64,000 nucleotides of DNA from a bacterium (GCA_963692865.2 OY843592.1:3584001-3648000); one strand, 5' to 3'. Positions 1 to 10,211 are shown, counted from the stretch's first letter. Notes: generated from the letters alone by a model not told the origin. Translations and numbers: made by a program.

Positions 1-277
1 CACACTTAAGTGCTCGGTAAAGCGTCGGGATGCTCGTCATTCAGCAGCTCTCTTCGGAATAAAGTTTGGAACAGAGTACACATTGCGATTTTTGAGTATT
101 GAGGCAAGCATCCACATTGGGAGGCAATTCAATTGATGATTGCCAGAATCATGACTTAAAACACAGCCAAACATGTTTCACTATCCAAAAACAACAGTAA
201 ACCCCTGTGGGAGCGTCCAGTATGATTCCACATTTTAGCCACATATTGTAGTCAAACTAAGATTCAGCCAGAAGTAT

Positions 278-1105
278 TCATTCACAACCCTCGAACCGCG
301 CGTCGCGCCAGGCGACGGCGGCGCGAAGACCCTCGGTTCGCGCGATTTCGAGGAAGCGGGCCTTGTCCTCCGTTCCCCTGCCCTCGATCATGAGGTCCAG
401 ATCGAGCGCGGCCTCGAGCGCGCGGCCCATCCCCATGATCTCATACGCGCGGTTGAGCGCCAGCTTGGTGGCGCGCAAGAGGCCCTGGTCCACAAGCGTC
501 ATCTTCTCCGCCAGGGAGAGGGCCGTATCGAGCACCTGGGCTTCGGGCACCACCCGGTTCACCAGCCCGATGCGATGGGCCTCAGCCGCCGGAATCCCGT
601 CCTCCCCCGTCAGGATGATCTCCTTCGCCAGCTTGGGGTTGGTGAGCCAGGGCAGGAGCATGACGACGATCCCCGCGCCGAACTTGAGCTCGGGCTCGCC
701 GAACACGGCGTCTTCCGCCGCCACGGTGACGTCACACGCCAGCGCAAGCTCGCATCCCCCGGCCAGGGCATGCCCGCGAACGGCGGCGATAGTGGGTTTG
801 GCGAGATTCCAGAAGCGCATGACGGCGTCGAAATCCTGCCTGAGCGCGCGCCGCCACTCGGCGTAGCCGACCGGCGTGTTCTCCGCCTGTTCTTTCAAGT
901 CGAACCCTGAGGAGAACGACTTGCCCTCCCCCGTGAGGACGGCGACGAATATGGCATCCTCCGCCTCGATGAAATCGCAAGCCTCGTTCAACTCGCGCAG
1001 CATGACGCGGTTCATGGCGTTCAGCCGCTCGGGACGGTTCAGGCTAACGAGCGCGACATGGCTGTGCGCCTCGAACAACAGCGTCTCGAAAGCGGGTGTG
1101 TTCAT
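278..1105 (-). CDS. Enoyl-CoA hydratase/isomerase (crotonase) family protein
   Basis: LNRPERLNA, FSSGFDL, GHALAGGCELALACD and FGEPE crotonase motifs. Confidence 0.9.
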   Translation of the reverse strand: MNTPAFETLLFEAHSHVALVSLNRPERLNAMNRVMLRELNEACDFIEAEDAIFVAVLTGEGKSFSSGFDLKEQAENTPVGYAEWRRALRQDFDAVMRFWNLAKPTIAAVRGHALAGGCELALACDVTVAAEDAVFGEPELKFGAGIVVMLLPWLTNPKLAKEIILTGEDGIPAAEAHRIGLVNRVVPEAQVLDTALSLAEKMTLVDQGLLRATKLALNRAYEIMGMGRALEAALDLDLMIEGRGTEDKARFLEIARTEGLRAAVAWRDARFEGCE

Positions 1106-1926
1106 CAGGTTTTATTCCTCGACAGAAACGCCAGAATCGCCGCAGCGGAGGCTTCCGGGCGTTCGGAGTAGAAATGGTGGCCCGTATTCTCGACGATTAC
1201 GAGCTCCGCCCCCGGAATCCGCCCGGCCATGAGCCTTGAATTCTCCGTAGGCACGAGAACGTCGGCCTCGCCCGAGATGACGAGCGTGGGCAAGTTCAGA
1301 TTCCTCACCTCTTCTGAAACGTCGAACGCCGCCATTCCCTGGTTGCGCCTTTCAATCTCCTCTTTGCTGATGGGAAAGCGGCGCTTGAAGCCGTCGTAGA
1401 AGGCGACTACCTCGGGGCGTTCGTCAATCGTCTCGGGATGGAAGAGCGTCTCCAGGGCCGCCCGGCGTTCCTCTTCCGTGGCGTCGGGCGCGCCGCCACG
1501 CGCGCGCGTCTCGCGAACGCCCGGAACGGGCGCGACCTTGTCGGCTCCTCCGAAGTGAGAACACGCGACGATGAGGCTTTTTAGTCTATGGGGGTGTTTC
1601 ACCGCGAAGGAGAGCGCGATGGTCCCGCCGTAGGAACCGCCCATGAGATGAAACGAGTCGAGACCGAGACCGTCAACCAATCCCAGGAGGTCTTCCGCCA
1701 TGCGCGCAGGCGCGCGGTCGCCGTCGTCATGATGCGCCTTCGTCCTGCCCGTCCCCCGGTTGTCCGGCATGACGAGGCGGTAATCCGCGGCGAGAAGCCC
1801 GCGCAACTTCCCCCAGACCTCCACCGTGGCCGTCAGGCCGCCCACCATCACCAAAGGCTCGCCCGCGCCTTCTTCTTCGTAATAAATTTCGAGCTTTCCG
1901 CGGCTCTCGACTTCCAGCGTCGCCAC
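1105..1926 (-). CDS. Alpha/beta fold hydrolase
   Basis: DNRGTG, nucleophile elbow GGSYGG, GEAD and GHH catalytic motifs; stop overlaps the start of the crotonase gene. Confidence 0.88.
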   Translation of the reverse strand: MATLEVESRGKLEIYYEEEGAGEPLVMVGGLTATVEVWGKLRGLLAADYRLVMPDNRGTGRTKAHHDDGDRAPARMAEDLLGLVDGLGLDSFHLMGGSYGGTIALSFAVKHPHRLKSLIVACSHFGGADKVAPVPGVRETRARGGAPDATEEERRAALETLFHPETIDERPEVVAFYDGFKRRFPISKEEIERRNQGMAAFDVSEEVRNLNLPTLVISGEADVLVPTENSRLMAGRIPGAELVIVENTGHHFYSERPEASAAAILAFLSRNKT

Positions 1927-1950
1927 CAGATACTCCTATCCCGCCCTACG

Positions 1951-2273
1951 GGGGTTGTTGAAAAAGTCCCCCAAGAGGGAATAATGCCCCAAAGAACACC
2001 GCCGAATGCGGGAAGATGGTTTTGCTCCTCGCTTTTGCTCGTCATTCCGGCAATCATTCTCGCCCGATGAGGAAGAGAATGCGGAATCCAGAAATGTCCC
2101 CCGTGGGACATTTCACCTTGCCTTTTAGACTTTGCTCTTCGCCTTCTCCCATCCGGGCAGTGAGAACATGAAATGCCGGATCGCCTTGATCCTCATCGGT
2201 TCTGGATTCCGGCCTTCGCCGGAATGACGGCGGTGGACAATTCCGATCGAGGAGGGACTTTTTCAACAGCCCC
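1951..2273. mobile_element. Non-autonomous TIR mini-element (MITE-like) carrying a CGTC-type REP doublet
   Basis: GGGGTTGTTGAAAAAGTCCC at 1951 and GGGACTTTTTCAACAGCCCC ending at 2273; internal GTCATTCCGGC...GCCGGAATGAC (2041-2228); flanks CTACG/TTACG. Confidence 0.7.
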
Positions 2274-3452
2274 TTACGCGCCCAGCTTCTCGGCCATCCA
2301 GTCCGCCATGTAGCCCACGACGGGGGCAATGTAGTCCATGTGGCAATGCTGGGAGCCGCCGTCGGTCCCCTTGTAGACCCGCAAGGTCTTGTCCTTCGAG
2401 CCCGCCGCCCTGTAGAGCGATTCCGCATCCGCCAGCGGGATTTGCTGATCGTCCTCCCCGTGCACGAGCAGGAAGGGGCACTTCATCCGCTGCACCACGC
2501 CGTCCAGCCGGAAGCCCTCGAGTTTCTCCAGGCCCTCTTCCGCCGTCTTGACGTTGAAGCTCCACGCCAGGTGATTCCCCGGCGAGGGAAGCTGAATCCT
2601 GAACGCCGCATCGATTCGCCTCTTCCATATCGCGTGGTAGTCCCAAATCGCGCCGTGGGCGAGACACGCCTTGAAGCGGCGCTCCATGCCGGCGGTTCTG
2701 GGCGCGTAGTATCCCCCCAGGCTCGACGCCATGATGCCCGCACGCTTCGCGTTCACATCCTTGCGCTTCTCCAGCCAGTCGAGTATTGCCGAGCCCGCCA
2801 CCTCGTAGTCGTGCCTCAGATATATCTTGCGAAAGCGGATGGCCTCGCCCACGCCCGGGCTGTCGACCACCACCACGCTCATGCCGCGCCGGGCGAGTTC
2901 GCGCGCCGAGATGACCATGGGCGATTCCTTGGTGCCGTCGAAACCTGAATACAGCACGACAACAGGGGGTCTCGATTTGCGCGTGTTCTCCGCATGGACG
3001 AAATAGCCGGGCAAGGATTTGCCCCCCTCGAAGGGGATATCGACGATCTCCGCCCTGGGACTGTCGTTTAAGCGGATGTAGCGCTTGAAGCTGTCGATGG
3101 ATTTCCGGTAGACGCCCTGCGAAGCATTGTCCTTCGGGAAGCGGAAGCGATCCGCCATCTGGTGATAGGTGGAAGAGCGGCAGAAATGGCCCGCCGCCGT
3201 CAGGGTCTTGCCGCGCCGCTGCGCCGCCACACCCATCGCGCGAATGCGGTCGCCCATGCGTTTCCACTCCTCGTACCAGAGTTCGTCGTTGCCGACATCT
3301 TTATCGAGATTCCGGCAGACCTCGAAAATCTCCGCCGGGTCGGCACCGCCGCCCGCCACGCGCATCAGGCCCATGGAGGTGATGAACGACCAGCGATAAT
3401 TGTCTGGGAAATAGGTGAACCAGGGAATCTTGCGAACCGCTTTGACGACCAT
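2274..3452 (-). CDS. Alpha/beta hydrolase, 2,6-dihydroxypseudooxynicotine-hydrolase/FrsA-like
   Basis: GFDGTKE, DSPGVGE, SSLGGYYAPR, HGEDD and terminal GSQHC motifs. Confidence 0.8.
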   Translation of the reverse strand: MVVKAVRKIPWFTYFPDNYRWSFITSMGLMRVAGGGADPAEIFEVCRNLDKDVGNDELWYEEWKRMGDRIRAMGVAAQRRGKTLTAAGHFCRSSTYHQMADRFRFPKDNASQGVYRKSIDSFKRYIRLNDSPRAEIVDIPFEGGKSLPGYFVHAENTRKSRPPVVVLYSGFDGTKESPMVISARELARRGMSVVVVDSPGVGEAIRFRKIYLRHDYEVAGSAILDWLEKRKDVNAKRAGIMASSLGGYYAPRTAGMERRFKACLAHGAIWDYHAIWKRRIDAAFRIQLPSPGNHLAWSFNVKTAEEGLEKLEGFRLDGVVQRMKCPFLLVHGEDDQQIPLADAESLYRAAGSKDKTLRVYKGTDGGSQHCHMDYIAPVVGYMADWMAEKLGA

Positions 3453-3681
3453 GCGCGCTCTCCTCGTATGTCGATATGTGGAACCGCTCCCTTTGATGAT
3501 GCGGCCAAGTATACGCGAGATGATCCTCTTCTTGGAATCGGGTTATGATTCGCAGGTCTTTTCCGGCTATGGTCTTTTCAGCGCATCACACTCAGGGAGT
3601 TTATTAGGGTACCGTTCCCGCTTTCCCACAAGCGTAGCGAGCAACCCTTATCAATTATCCATCACTATAGAGGAGTCATAC

Positions 3682-4098
3682 ATGCCATTTTACAGCACCG
3701 AGACCATCGAGAACGTACAGCTCCGCACGGGAAACCCGGGCGAGTACAAGCCCCTGGCCGGGGAGTTCATGAAGGCGGGCGTCGTCACCTACCGAAAGGG
3801 TACGGGCTCCAAGCCCCACTGGCACAACAACGAGGAGCAATACATCTACGTCATCGAGGGCAAGCGCTACATGCGCCTGGGCGATGAGGAGCGCATCATC
3901 GGCCCCGGCGACATCGTCCACATCCCCCGGGGCACGCTCCACGGCGGCAGGACGCTCACCGAAAAGGCGGTGATGTTCGTGGCGAAATCCCCCGCCGAAG
4001 ACCCCGACCTGGGGGCCGACCACCATTACCCGGACGATCTGGCCGACATCATCGCGCACCTCGACGCCAAGGCGGAGGAGCTTTACGGGAAGGTGTAG
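3682..4098 (+). CDS. Cupin domain protein
   Basis: PHWHNNEEQ and PGDIVHIPRGTLH cupin motifs; start moved to ATG 3682 after a GAGGAG RBS. Confidence 0.85.
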   Translation: MPFYSTETIENVQLRTGNPGEYKPLAGEFMKAGVVTYRKGTGSKPHWHNNEEQYIYVIEGKRYMRLGDEERIIGPGDIVHIPRGTLHGGRTLTEKAVMFVAKSPAEDPDLGADHHYPDDLADIIAHLDAKAEELYGKV

Positions 4099-4156
4099 GG
4101 TGGGGTCGCAATAAGAATTACTCCCCCTTGGGGGGTTGTTGAAATACCCTTCTCCG

Positions 4157-4297
4157 CCTCATCCTGAGTAGCGGCGAAACCGCGTATCGAAGGATGCCCG
4201 CTCTCCCCGGCGCGAGGCGTTCGACTCCCCCCGCCCTTCGGCAGGCTCAGGACAGGCCCCTTCGATACGCCGCCTACGGCGGCTACTCAGGGTGAGG
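4157..4297. repeat. Palindromic repeat doublet CCTCATCCTGAG...CTCAGGGTGAGG, preceded by a left TIR copy (about 4132-4147)
   Basis: Inverted arms; similar copies at 51265-51381 and 59231-59343. Confidence 0.8.
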
Positions 4298-4443
4298 AAA
4301 GAAGCGTCGTCGGTTTGCAGGGGCCGTTCGCGAACTGCCCCTGCTATCGCGTTCTGTCCCTGCGACAGCGATTCGCTTGCCGGAGCAAATCATCGGGAGG
4401 CGAACCAACCACCGCGCGATATGGCTTTGATATCGAGCCGCCC

Positions 4444-5568
4444 TCACAGCCGCCGGCGCAGGGCGACGTGCAGGCCGATGTCGGGCGCGGCGTCCCGCGC
4501 GCCGTCGTCTTCGGTGACGGCGATTTCGAGCGTCGTGCGCTCATCCAGTTTCAGCGCGCCGCCGAAACCCAGCATGACGCTCGGGTCCGAGAGCGGAGAC
4601 ACCCCGGATGAGCCGTAAGCCGAGGAATGGACGTCCACCTGCACCGTCAGGGTGAGGCGCGCCAGGGGCCGCCAGGTTACGCCGAAGCGTCCGAAGGCGA
4701 CGAACTCACGGTCGAACCCGGAAAGATTCTTCGGCGCCTGCGCGAGGGTCGCTCCCAGGGTGGCGGCGTAGAGCCAGCGGCGCGAGTCGGCGGACCCCGG
4801 CAGCGCGCCCGATGTCTCCGCCCAGAGCGAGGCCGAAAGACCGCCCGAACCCGTCAGCGAGTCCTCATCGCCGGTCGGCAGCCTCACGGCGGCCCGAACC
4901 GCCAGACCGTCATTCGAAAAAAACCGCCCCGGCGGCGCATAGCCCACGCCGAGGCCGACGTCCCCGAGCGAGAGGACGTTCTCGCGGATATCGGCATGGG
5001 TCCGGGCGCCGTCGCGGTGGAAGAGGATCAACCTGTCGTACGGCGCCTTGTCCCTGTCGTTCTGGGGCAGGCCGAAAAAGTCGTGCCAGTCAACGATGAA
5101 CGAGTCGAAAACGCCCGCGCGATGGGCGACGAGGGGCATTTCGACGAACCACTCCCAGCGGTCCCGGAACCCGCCCCGCAGGGCGAGCGCCAGCCTGTAC
5201 GTCTCGCCGTCGATCAGGACGCGCTCGGAACCGGATTCCTCCCCGACGAAGTAGGAGGCGATATCCGTCGAGAGGAGCAGTTCCTTGGAACCCGGCGCCA
5301 GGAGGCGCGCGCCGAAAGAAGCGGGCGCGGCGTAGATGAGATGAAACGGATGGAGGTTCACCATGCGCAGCGGCTCGGCGACGGCGCCCCACTCCGATTT
5401 TTCCCCGACTCGCTGGGCGGCAGCGACGCCCGATGTGAAGACGCACAAAGCGAGAACGAAAACCAGGCCGGCAAACCGCCCGGAATCGACCCGCCACGGT
5501 GAACGATTGACCTTCGAGCGGCTCGAATCGTCTTTCAAATTGCTTCTCCTTTCGTATGACGCATCCAT
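4444..5568 (-). CDS. Putative outer-membrane protein (DUF3187-like)
   Basis: Signal-like hydrophobic N-region, IDGET, GVFDSFIVDWHDFFGLP, LPTGD and a beta-strand C-terminus. Confidence 0.6.
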   Translation of the reverse strand: MDASYERRSNLKDDSSRSKVNRSPWRVDSGRFAGLVFVLALCVFTSGVAAAQRVGEKSEWGAVAEPLRMVNLHPFHLIYAAPASFGARLLAPGSKELLLSTDIASYFVGEESGSERVLIDGETYRLALALRGGFRDRWEWFVEMPLVAHRAGVFDSFIVDWHDFFGLPQNDRDKAPYDRLILFHRDGARTHADIRENVLSLGDVGLGVGYAPPGRFFSNDGLAVRAAVRLPTGDEDSLTGSGGLSASLWAETSGALPGSADSRRWLYAATLGATLAQAPKNLSGFDREFVAFGRFGVTWRPLARLTLTVQVDVHSSAYGSSGVSPLSDPSVMLGFGGALKLDERTTLEIAVTEDDGARDAAPDIGLHVALRRRL

Positions 5569-5700
5569 TTACAAACCGCGCCTCGACCGGCCCCACACAC
5601 TCCTTCGCCGCAAAATCCGGCCGGCATCATCAAGCGCATCGGCACCGTCCCCCGCAGGGACAGGTCGCGACCCGTCCCTACGAAAAATATCCGCCTCGTA

Positions 5701-6081
5701 TCAGAACGGATCGTCGGGCGGCGGGGCGTCGGGCGCGGCTTCGCCCGCGGCGACTCCCTTGAGGCTCCAGGTGGTGTCCTTGACGTAGATGGCCTCGACC
5801 TCCTCGATCATCTCCGCCGCGTGGACCTCGTTGGCCGGAATGTGGATGACGTCGCCCGGCCCCAGCTCAAACACCTCGCCGCCCATCGTGAACTTCTGCC
5901 TTCCGCGCATGATGTAGATGAACTGCTCGCAGGCGTGGTAGTGGGGCTTCGCCTCCGTGCCCGCCTCCCAGATGCGGTGGCAGAAATACATCCGCTCGCC
6001 CTTGATGCTCTCCCCGTGGCCCGAGGAGAGGCCGGGGTTCTGCCGCACGTCCCTCAAGTCTTCGAACCGGTAAACGGGCAT
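5701..6081 (-). CDS. Cupin domain protein
   Basis: PHYHACEQ and PGDVIHIPANEVH motifs. Confidence 0.85.
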   Translation of the reverse strand: MPVYRFEDLRDVRQNPGLSSGHGESIKGERMYFCHRIWEAGTEAKPHYHACEQFIYIMRGRQKFTMGGEVFELGPGDVIHIPANEVHAAEMIEEVEAIYVKDTTWSLKGVAAGEAAPDAPPPDDPF

Positions 6082-6121
6082 TTCATGCTCCTTGTTATCT
6101 AGTCTTCATCTTTATCAAACG

Positions 6122-6406
6122 CTATTTCTTGGCCTTGCGGCTTGCCTCACGCACATAATCGTATAATTCAATATCATCCGATTCGAGCGCCTCAATTCCT
6201 TTATCCGTAATCTCCCAAATATGTTCTTGAGTTCCCTCTATCTTTCGACTTCGCAAATGTCCTGACTTTTTATAATCGGTGCGTGTGATGAGCGCCTCCA
6301 ATACACGCTCTTTTATTTCACTCCCAGTGAGAGGCCCTCTGCTATCAAGCATGACAAGCACGGCATACATGATCTTGGCATCAGTAACCCTGGTGCTCTT
6401 GGCCAT
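6122..6406 (-). CDS. Small winged-helix protein resembling a shortened Mrr N-terminal domain (possible remnant)
   Basis: AT-rich ORF; RTDYKKSGHLRS...WEITDKG resembles the Mrr_N C-terminal half. Confidence 0.4.
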   Translation of the reverse strand: MAKSTRVTDAKIMYAVLVMLDSRGPLTGSEIKERVLEALITRTDYKKSGHLRSRKIEGTQEHIWEITDKGIEALESDDIELYDYVREASRKAKK

Positions 6407-6438
6407 ACCCCGGACTCTCCTTTCTCACAATGACGCGC

Positions 6439-7329
6439 TCAATCACACCCCCGCACCTTGCGGATAAACGCCGCCACGGCTTGCCCTATTTCATCGGGGC
6501 AGTCCTCCTGCCCGTAGTGGCGGGTAGGTATGGTTATCTCCTCCTGGTTGGGCCACTCCCGGCAGAAGTCCCGCGCGGCCCCCGCCAGCGCGTGGCCGTA
6601 CTCGCAGTTGATGAAGAGTTTGGGCAAGTCCTCGCTCGCGCGCAGAAAATCGCTGTAGCGCTTCACGATCTCGTAGTTGTCGCGAGGCTCGCCCTCGAAG
6701 GGAATCTCGCACGCCCACTGGTGGGTCTGTCTTCTTTTCCGGGGATCCCGGGTAGGCGCGCGGTAGGCCTCTTTTTCCGCCGCGCTCAGATCGCGCACGA
6801 CCCCCCGCTCGAACAGCATGGCCTCGACGAAGAAATTATCCTCCATCACCATCGCGAGACCCCCCTCGCCACGCAGCGTCTTGAACTGCGCGACCCTGTC
6901 CTCGGGCATGTCCGTCCAGAGGCGCGGGCGCACCATGGACTCCATATAGGCCAAGCCGATGGCCTGCTCCGGGAACCGCGCGACGCGGTTGAACCCCAGC
7001 GCCGCGCCCCAGTCGTGGAGCACGAAAAACGCATCTTGCGTCGCCCCCACCCCCTCGAACCAGGCGTCCATGTAGGGGATGTGGTCCCGGTAGCGGCAGC
7101 CGCCGCCCGGAATGTTGTCCGACTCGCCGCTGTTCATGAGATCGGGCGCCAGGCACCTTCCTAACCCTTCCAGGTGGGGGATCACGTTCCGCCAGAGATA
7201 GGAAGTCGCCGGGTTGCCGTGCAGCAAAACGATGGGCGCGCCCTCCCCGACTTCGATATACGCCATCTCAGCGTCGAGCACTTTGACGCGCTTTCTTTGA
7301 TAGGGGTCATCAGGCGAGACGGGACTCAT
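6439..7329 (-). CDS. Haloalkane dehalogenase (subfamily II-like)
   Basis: HGNPATSYLWRN, HDWGAALG nucleophile, YMES acid and HYGQED catalytic His. Confidence 0.88.
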   Translation of the reverse strand: MSPVSPDDPYQRKRVKVLDAEMAYIEVGEGAPIVLLHGNPATSYLWRNVIPHLEGLGRCLAPDLMNSGESDNIPGGGCRYRDHIPYMDAWFEGVGATQDAFFVLHDWGAALGFNRVARFPEQAIGLAYMESMVRPRLWTDMPEDRVAQFKTLRGEGGLAMVMEDNFFVEAMLFERGVVRDLSAAEKEAYRAPTRDPRKRRQTHQWACEIPFEGEPRDNYEIVKRYSDFLRASEDLPKLFINCEYGHALAGAARDFCREWPNQEEITIPTRHYGQEDCPDEIGQAVAAFIRKVRGCD

Positions 7330-7373
7330 GGATGGCTCCAAAAATCAAGAATCACGACCCAAGGGCGCGCATC

Positions 7374-7541
7374 GGGGCCTGTTGAAAAAAACCTGCAATG
7401 AGGCAATAGGATTCCGCCTTGCCGAAGGGCGTGTAGGGGCCGCATACATGCGGCCCATGACGGGCGGCGAAAAAAGCCGGGTCGCATATATGCGACCCCT
7501 ACAAAAATAATTTTTTCCTCTCCGGGTTTTTCAACCATCCC
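7374..7541. mobile_element. TIR mini-element carrying a GTAG-type REP doublet
   Basis: GGGGCCTGTTGAAAAA...TTTTTCAACCATCCC; GTAGGGGCCGCATACATGCGGCCC / GGGTCGCATATATGCGACCCCTAC at 7433-7502. Confidence 0.65.
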
Positions 7542-7566
7542 TTTTAAGGAGGCGGAACGCCTCACC

Positions 7567-7938
7567 TCAGTTGGTCGTACCCTCTTCCTGCCTTGGGTCG
7601 ACGAGTTCCAGCCGCGCGTCTCCCTCCAGCATCCCAACCCGGTAGAGGGTATGCGCCAGAGACTGCGGAGACTTTAATACCTCGACTCGCTTGGAGACAC
7701 TCAAAAGGAGCCTTATTAAATCCACCATCCGGGCGACGGCGGCGCCGTCTACGAGTTCCAACTCCTCCAAGTCGAGGCTCGTGGCGTCGGCGCACAAGCT
7801 CTCGCCTTCCATCGCCTCCAGGACGCGGGCCGCGCCTTCTGAATCGAGATCGCCTGAGAGCGTGAAGCGTTCGCCCGAGACGGATTTTCCGAGTTCATAC
7901 CTGTGATGCGAGAGCAGGGTTTGTTGCCCGGAGTTCAC
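7567..7938 (-). CDS. STAS-like domain protein
   Basis: LSGDLD...LDLEELELVDGAA pattern typical of STAS domains. Confidence 0.55.
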   Translation of the reverse strand: MNSGQQTLLSHHRYELGKSVSGERFTLSGDLDSEGAARVLEAMEGESLCADATSLDLEELELVDGAAVARMVDLIRLLLSVSKRVEVLKSPQSLAHTLYRVGMLEGDARLELVDPRQEEGTTN

Positions 7939-7950
7939 CGTGAATGGGAC

Positions 7951-9039
7951 TTAATGGGAATGGACGCCCGTGAGCGGGAAATCGATGGGCCTGTTCTCTT
8001 TCGCGCTGTGCTCGATCGCCAGCGTCACCTCGAGCACGGTGCGGGCGTGTTCGGGAAGCGCGAGGGAGACGCTCCGGCCCATCGTCACGCGCTCCAGGAA
8101 CAGCCTCGTCTCATCGCGCATCGGCCCCCAGAAATCGCCCACCAGCCAGTCGCCCGCCATCATGGATTCAAGGAACACGACGTCCGAAGTCATGCCCTCC
8201 ACGTAGGGCGAGGGCACGCCCTTGTTCGTCGCCATGACGGCGTTTTTGTGCGAATCGTCTATCGCGATGGCCCCCTCGGTGCCCATGACTTCCAGGTCGA
8301 TGGAGGTGATGTTCGCCGGCCAGTTGTCGGGCAGTATCCACGAGCAGCCGAAGTTCACGGTGCCCCCGTCCTCGAAGGTGAGAATCGCCCACGCCCAGTC
8401 CCCGCAGCCCATCGGATGATGCGGGAACACCTTGCTTCCCCCCTGGGCGTAGACGCGCCTGGGTTTTCGGCCCTCGAAATACCACAGGCAGATGTCCACC
8501 ATGTAGGTGAGCGTGTCGGTGACGGGGCCGGCGTGCGCGGCGCGCTTGTATATCTCCGCCCCGTTGGTGGTGACGTTGTAGAGCGTGGCCCGCGCGGTCT
8601 GGAGATGCCCGAGCCGGCCCCGCTGAATCTGCTCCTTGGCGTTCAGGAAGCGCCGCCTCTGCCGCTGCGTGTAGCCGATGAAGAGCTCGGCGCTCGATTT
8701 CTCATACGCCGCGAGAATCCTGTCCGCATCCTCCAGCGACAGGGATATCGGCTTCTCGCAAAGCACGGGCTTTCCGAGTTCGAGCGCCCGGCAGACGGCG
8801 TCCGCGTGATCGAACTCCGGCGTCGAGACGATCACCGCGTCCACGTCCGGGTGCGCGATTACCGCCTCGTTGTCGCCGGTGTGGAAATCGGCCTGCGTTT
8901 CCTCGGCAATCATTTTCGCGCGCGCGGGGTCCCTGTCCGAAAGCGCGAGAAACTTCACCTCAGGCGACCCCGACGCCAAGTGCGCGCGCAGTCTCCCCAT
9001 GCGTCCCGAACCCACGATTCCCAAACCGATCTGCTTCAT
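7951..9039 (-). CDS. Gfo/Idh/MocA family oxidoreductase
   Basis: GIVGSGRMG, VSTP, HAD and CEKP motifs. Confidence 0.9.
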   Translation of the reverse strand: MKQIGLGIVGSGRMGRLRAHLASGSPEVKFLALSDRDPARAKMIAEETQADFHTGDNEAVIAHPDVDAVIVSTPEFDHADAVCRALELGKPVLCEKPISLSLEDADRILAAYEKSSAELFIGYTQRQRRRFLNAKEQIQRGRLGHLQTARATLYNVTTNGAEIYKRAAHAGPVTDTLTYMVDICLWYFEGRKPRRVYAQGGSKVFPHHPMGCGDWAWAILTFEDGGTVNFGCSWILPDNWPANITSIDLEVMGTEGAIAIDDSHKNAVMATNKGVPSPYVEGMTSDVVFLESMMAGDWLVGDFWGPMRDETRLFLERVTMGRSVSLALPEHARTVLEVTLAIEHSAKENRPIDFPLTGVHSH

Positions 9040-9043
9040 CTCA

Positions 9044-10135
9044 TCATCCCTGAAACGGCAGTTCGATGACCTCGCCGCCCCGGCGGGCGCTCTCTTCCAT
9101 AGCGAGGGTGAGCTCGAGCACGGCGCGGCCCGTCTCCGCGTCGCAAAGCGGCACGTCCTTGCCGGTGGTGACGCGCTCCAGGAAAAGCCTCGTTTCGTCT
9201 CTCATCGGCCCCACGAAATCGCCCACCGCCCAGTCCCCCGGCATGGCGGAACCCAGGAAGGCGACCTCCACCGAGGAATCGGGCGCATAAGGCGAGGGAA
9301 CGCGCTCGTTGCCCACCATCATCACGTCCTTGTGGCCGTCGTCGATGCGGATGGCGCCCTCGCTCCCGAAGATGTCCATGCTGATGGTCGCCACCGTGGC
9401 GGGCCAGTATTCGGGCAACGCCCAGTTGCCGCCCAGGCACGCCGCCGCCCCGTCCTCGAAGGTGACGACCGCCCAGCCGTAATCCCCCATCCCGTCGGGG
9501 TGATCGTGAAACACCTCGCTGCCCGCCTGCGCGTAGACGCGGACCGGCTTTCTGGGCTGGAAGAACCACAGCGCCATGTCCGCCATGTAGGTGATCTCGT
9601 CCGTGAAGGGGTTCGCGTGCGGGGCGCGCAGGTAGACCTGGCGCGCCGTGGGGCGCGTGTTGTAGATGGTCATGCGCGCGGTCATCACCTCGCCCAGGCG
9701 GCCCGCGTCGATGTGCTCCTTGATAGCGAGGAATTTCCGCCTGATCCGCTGCGTGTAGCCGATGTAGAGTTCCGCCCCGCCCCTGGCCTTCGACTCCATG
9801 ATCCTGTCCGCATCGGGCAGCGTGAGCGCGATGGGCTTTTCGACCAGCACGGGCTTTCCGGCCTCTAACGCCATGCAGATGGCCTCGGTGTGCTCGCCCT
9901 CGGGCGTGGAGACGATGAGGGCGTCCACCTGGGGGTGCTCGATGACTTCGCGATTATCCGAAGTATGAAAGGCCGCCTCGTTCTGCTGGGCCACGGCTCG
10001 GGCGCGTTCTGCGTCGATGTCCGATATGGCGAAAAAGTTCACCACCGGCGAGGTCGCCGCCAGATGCGCGCGGAGCGAGCCGATCTTGCCCGCGCCGATC
10101 AGGCCGATGCCGACCTCTTGCTTTTGAATCACCAT
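9044..10135 (-). CDS. Gfo/Idh/MocA family oxidoreductase (tandem paralog)
   Basis: GLIGAGKIG, VSTPEGEH and VEKP motifs; collinear with 7951-9039. Confidence 0.9.
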   Translation of the reverse strand: MVIQKQEVGIGLIGAGKIGSLRAHLAATSPVVNFFAISDIDAERARAVAQQNEAAFHTSDNREVIEHPQVDALIVSTPEGEHTEAICMALEAGKPVLVEKPIALTLPDADRIMESKARGGAELYIGYTQRIRRKFLAIKEHIDAGRLGEVMTARMTIYNTRPTARQVYLRAPHANPFTDEITYMADMALWFFQPRKPVRVYAQAGSEVFHDHPDGMGDYGWAVVTFEDGAAACLGGNWALPEYWPATVATISMDIFGSEGAIRIDDGHKDVMMVGNERVPSPYAPDSSVEVAFLGSAMPGDWAVGDFVGPMRDETRLFLERVTTGKDVPLCDAETGRAVLELTLAMEESARRGGEVIELPFQG

Positions 10136-10211
10136 ATCGGGTTTCTCCCTGAAGTCCGGCGAATCCTACATTCCCGCCTCGCCCTCCGCAAGGCGCGCAG
10201 GGCTGCTTCGA

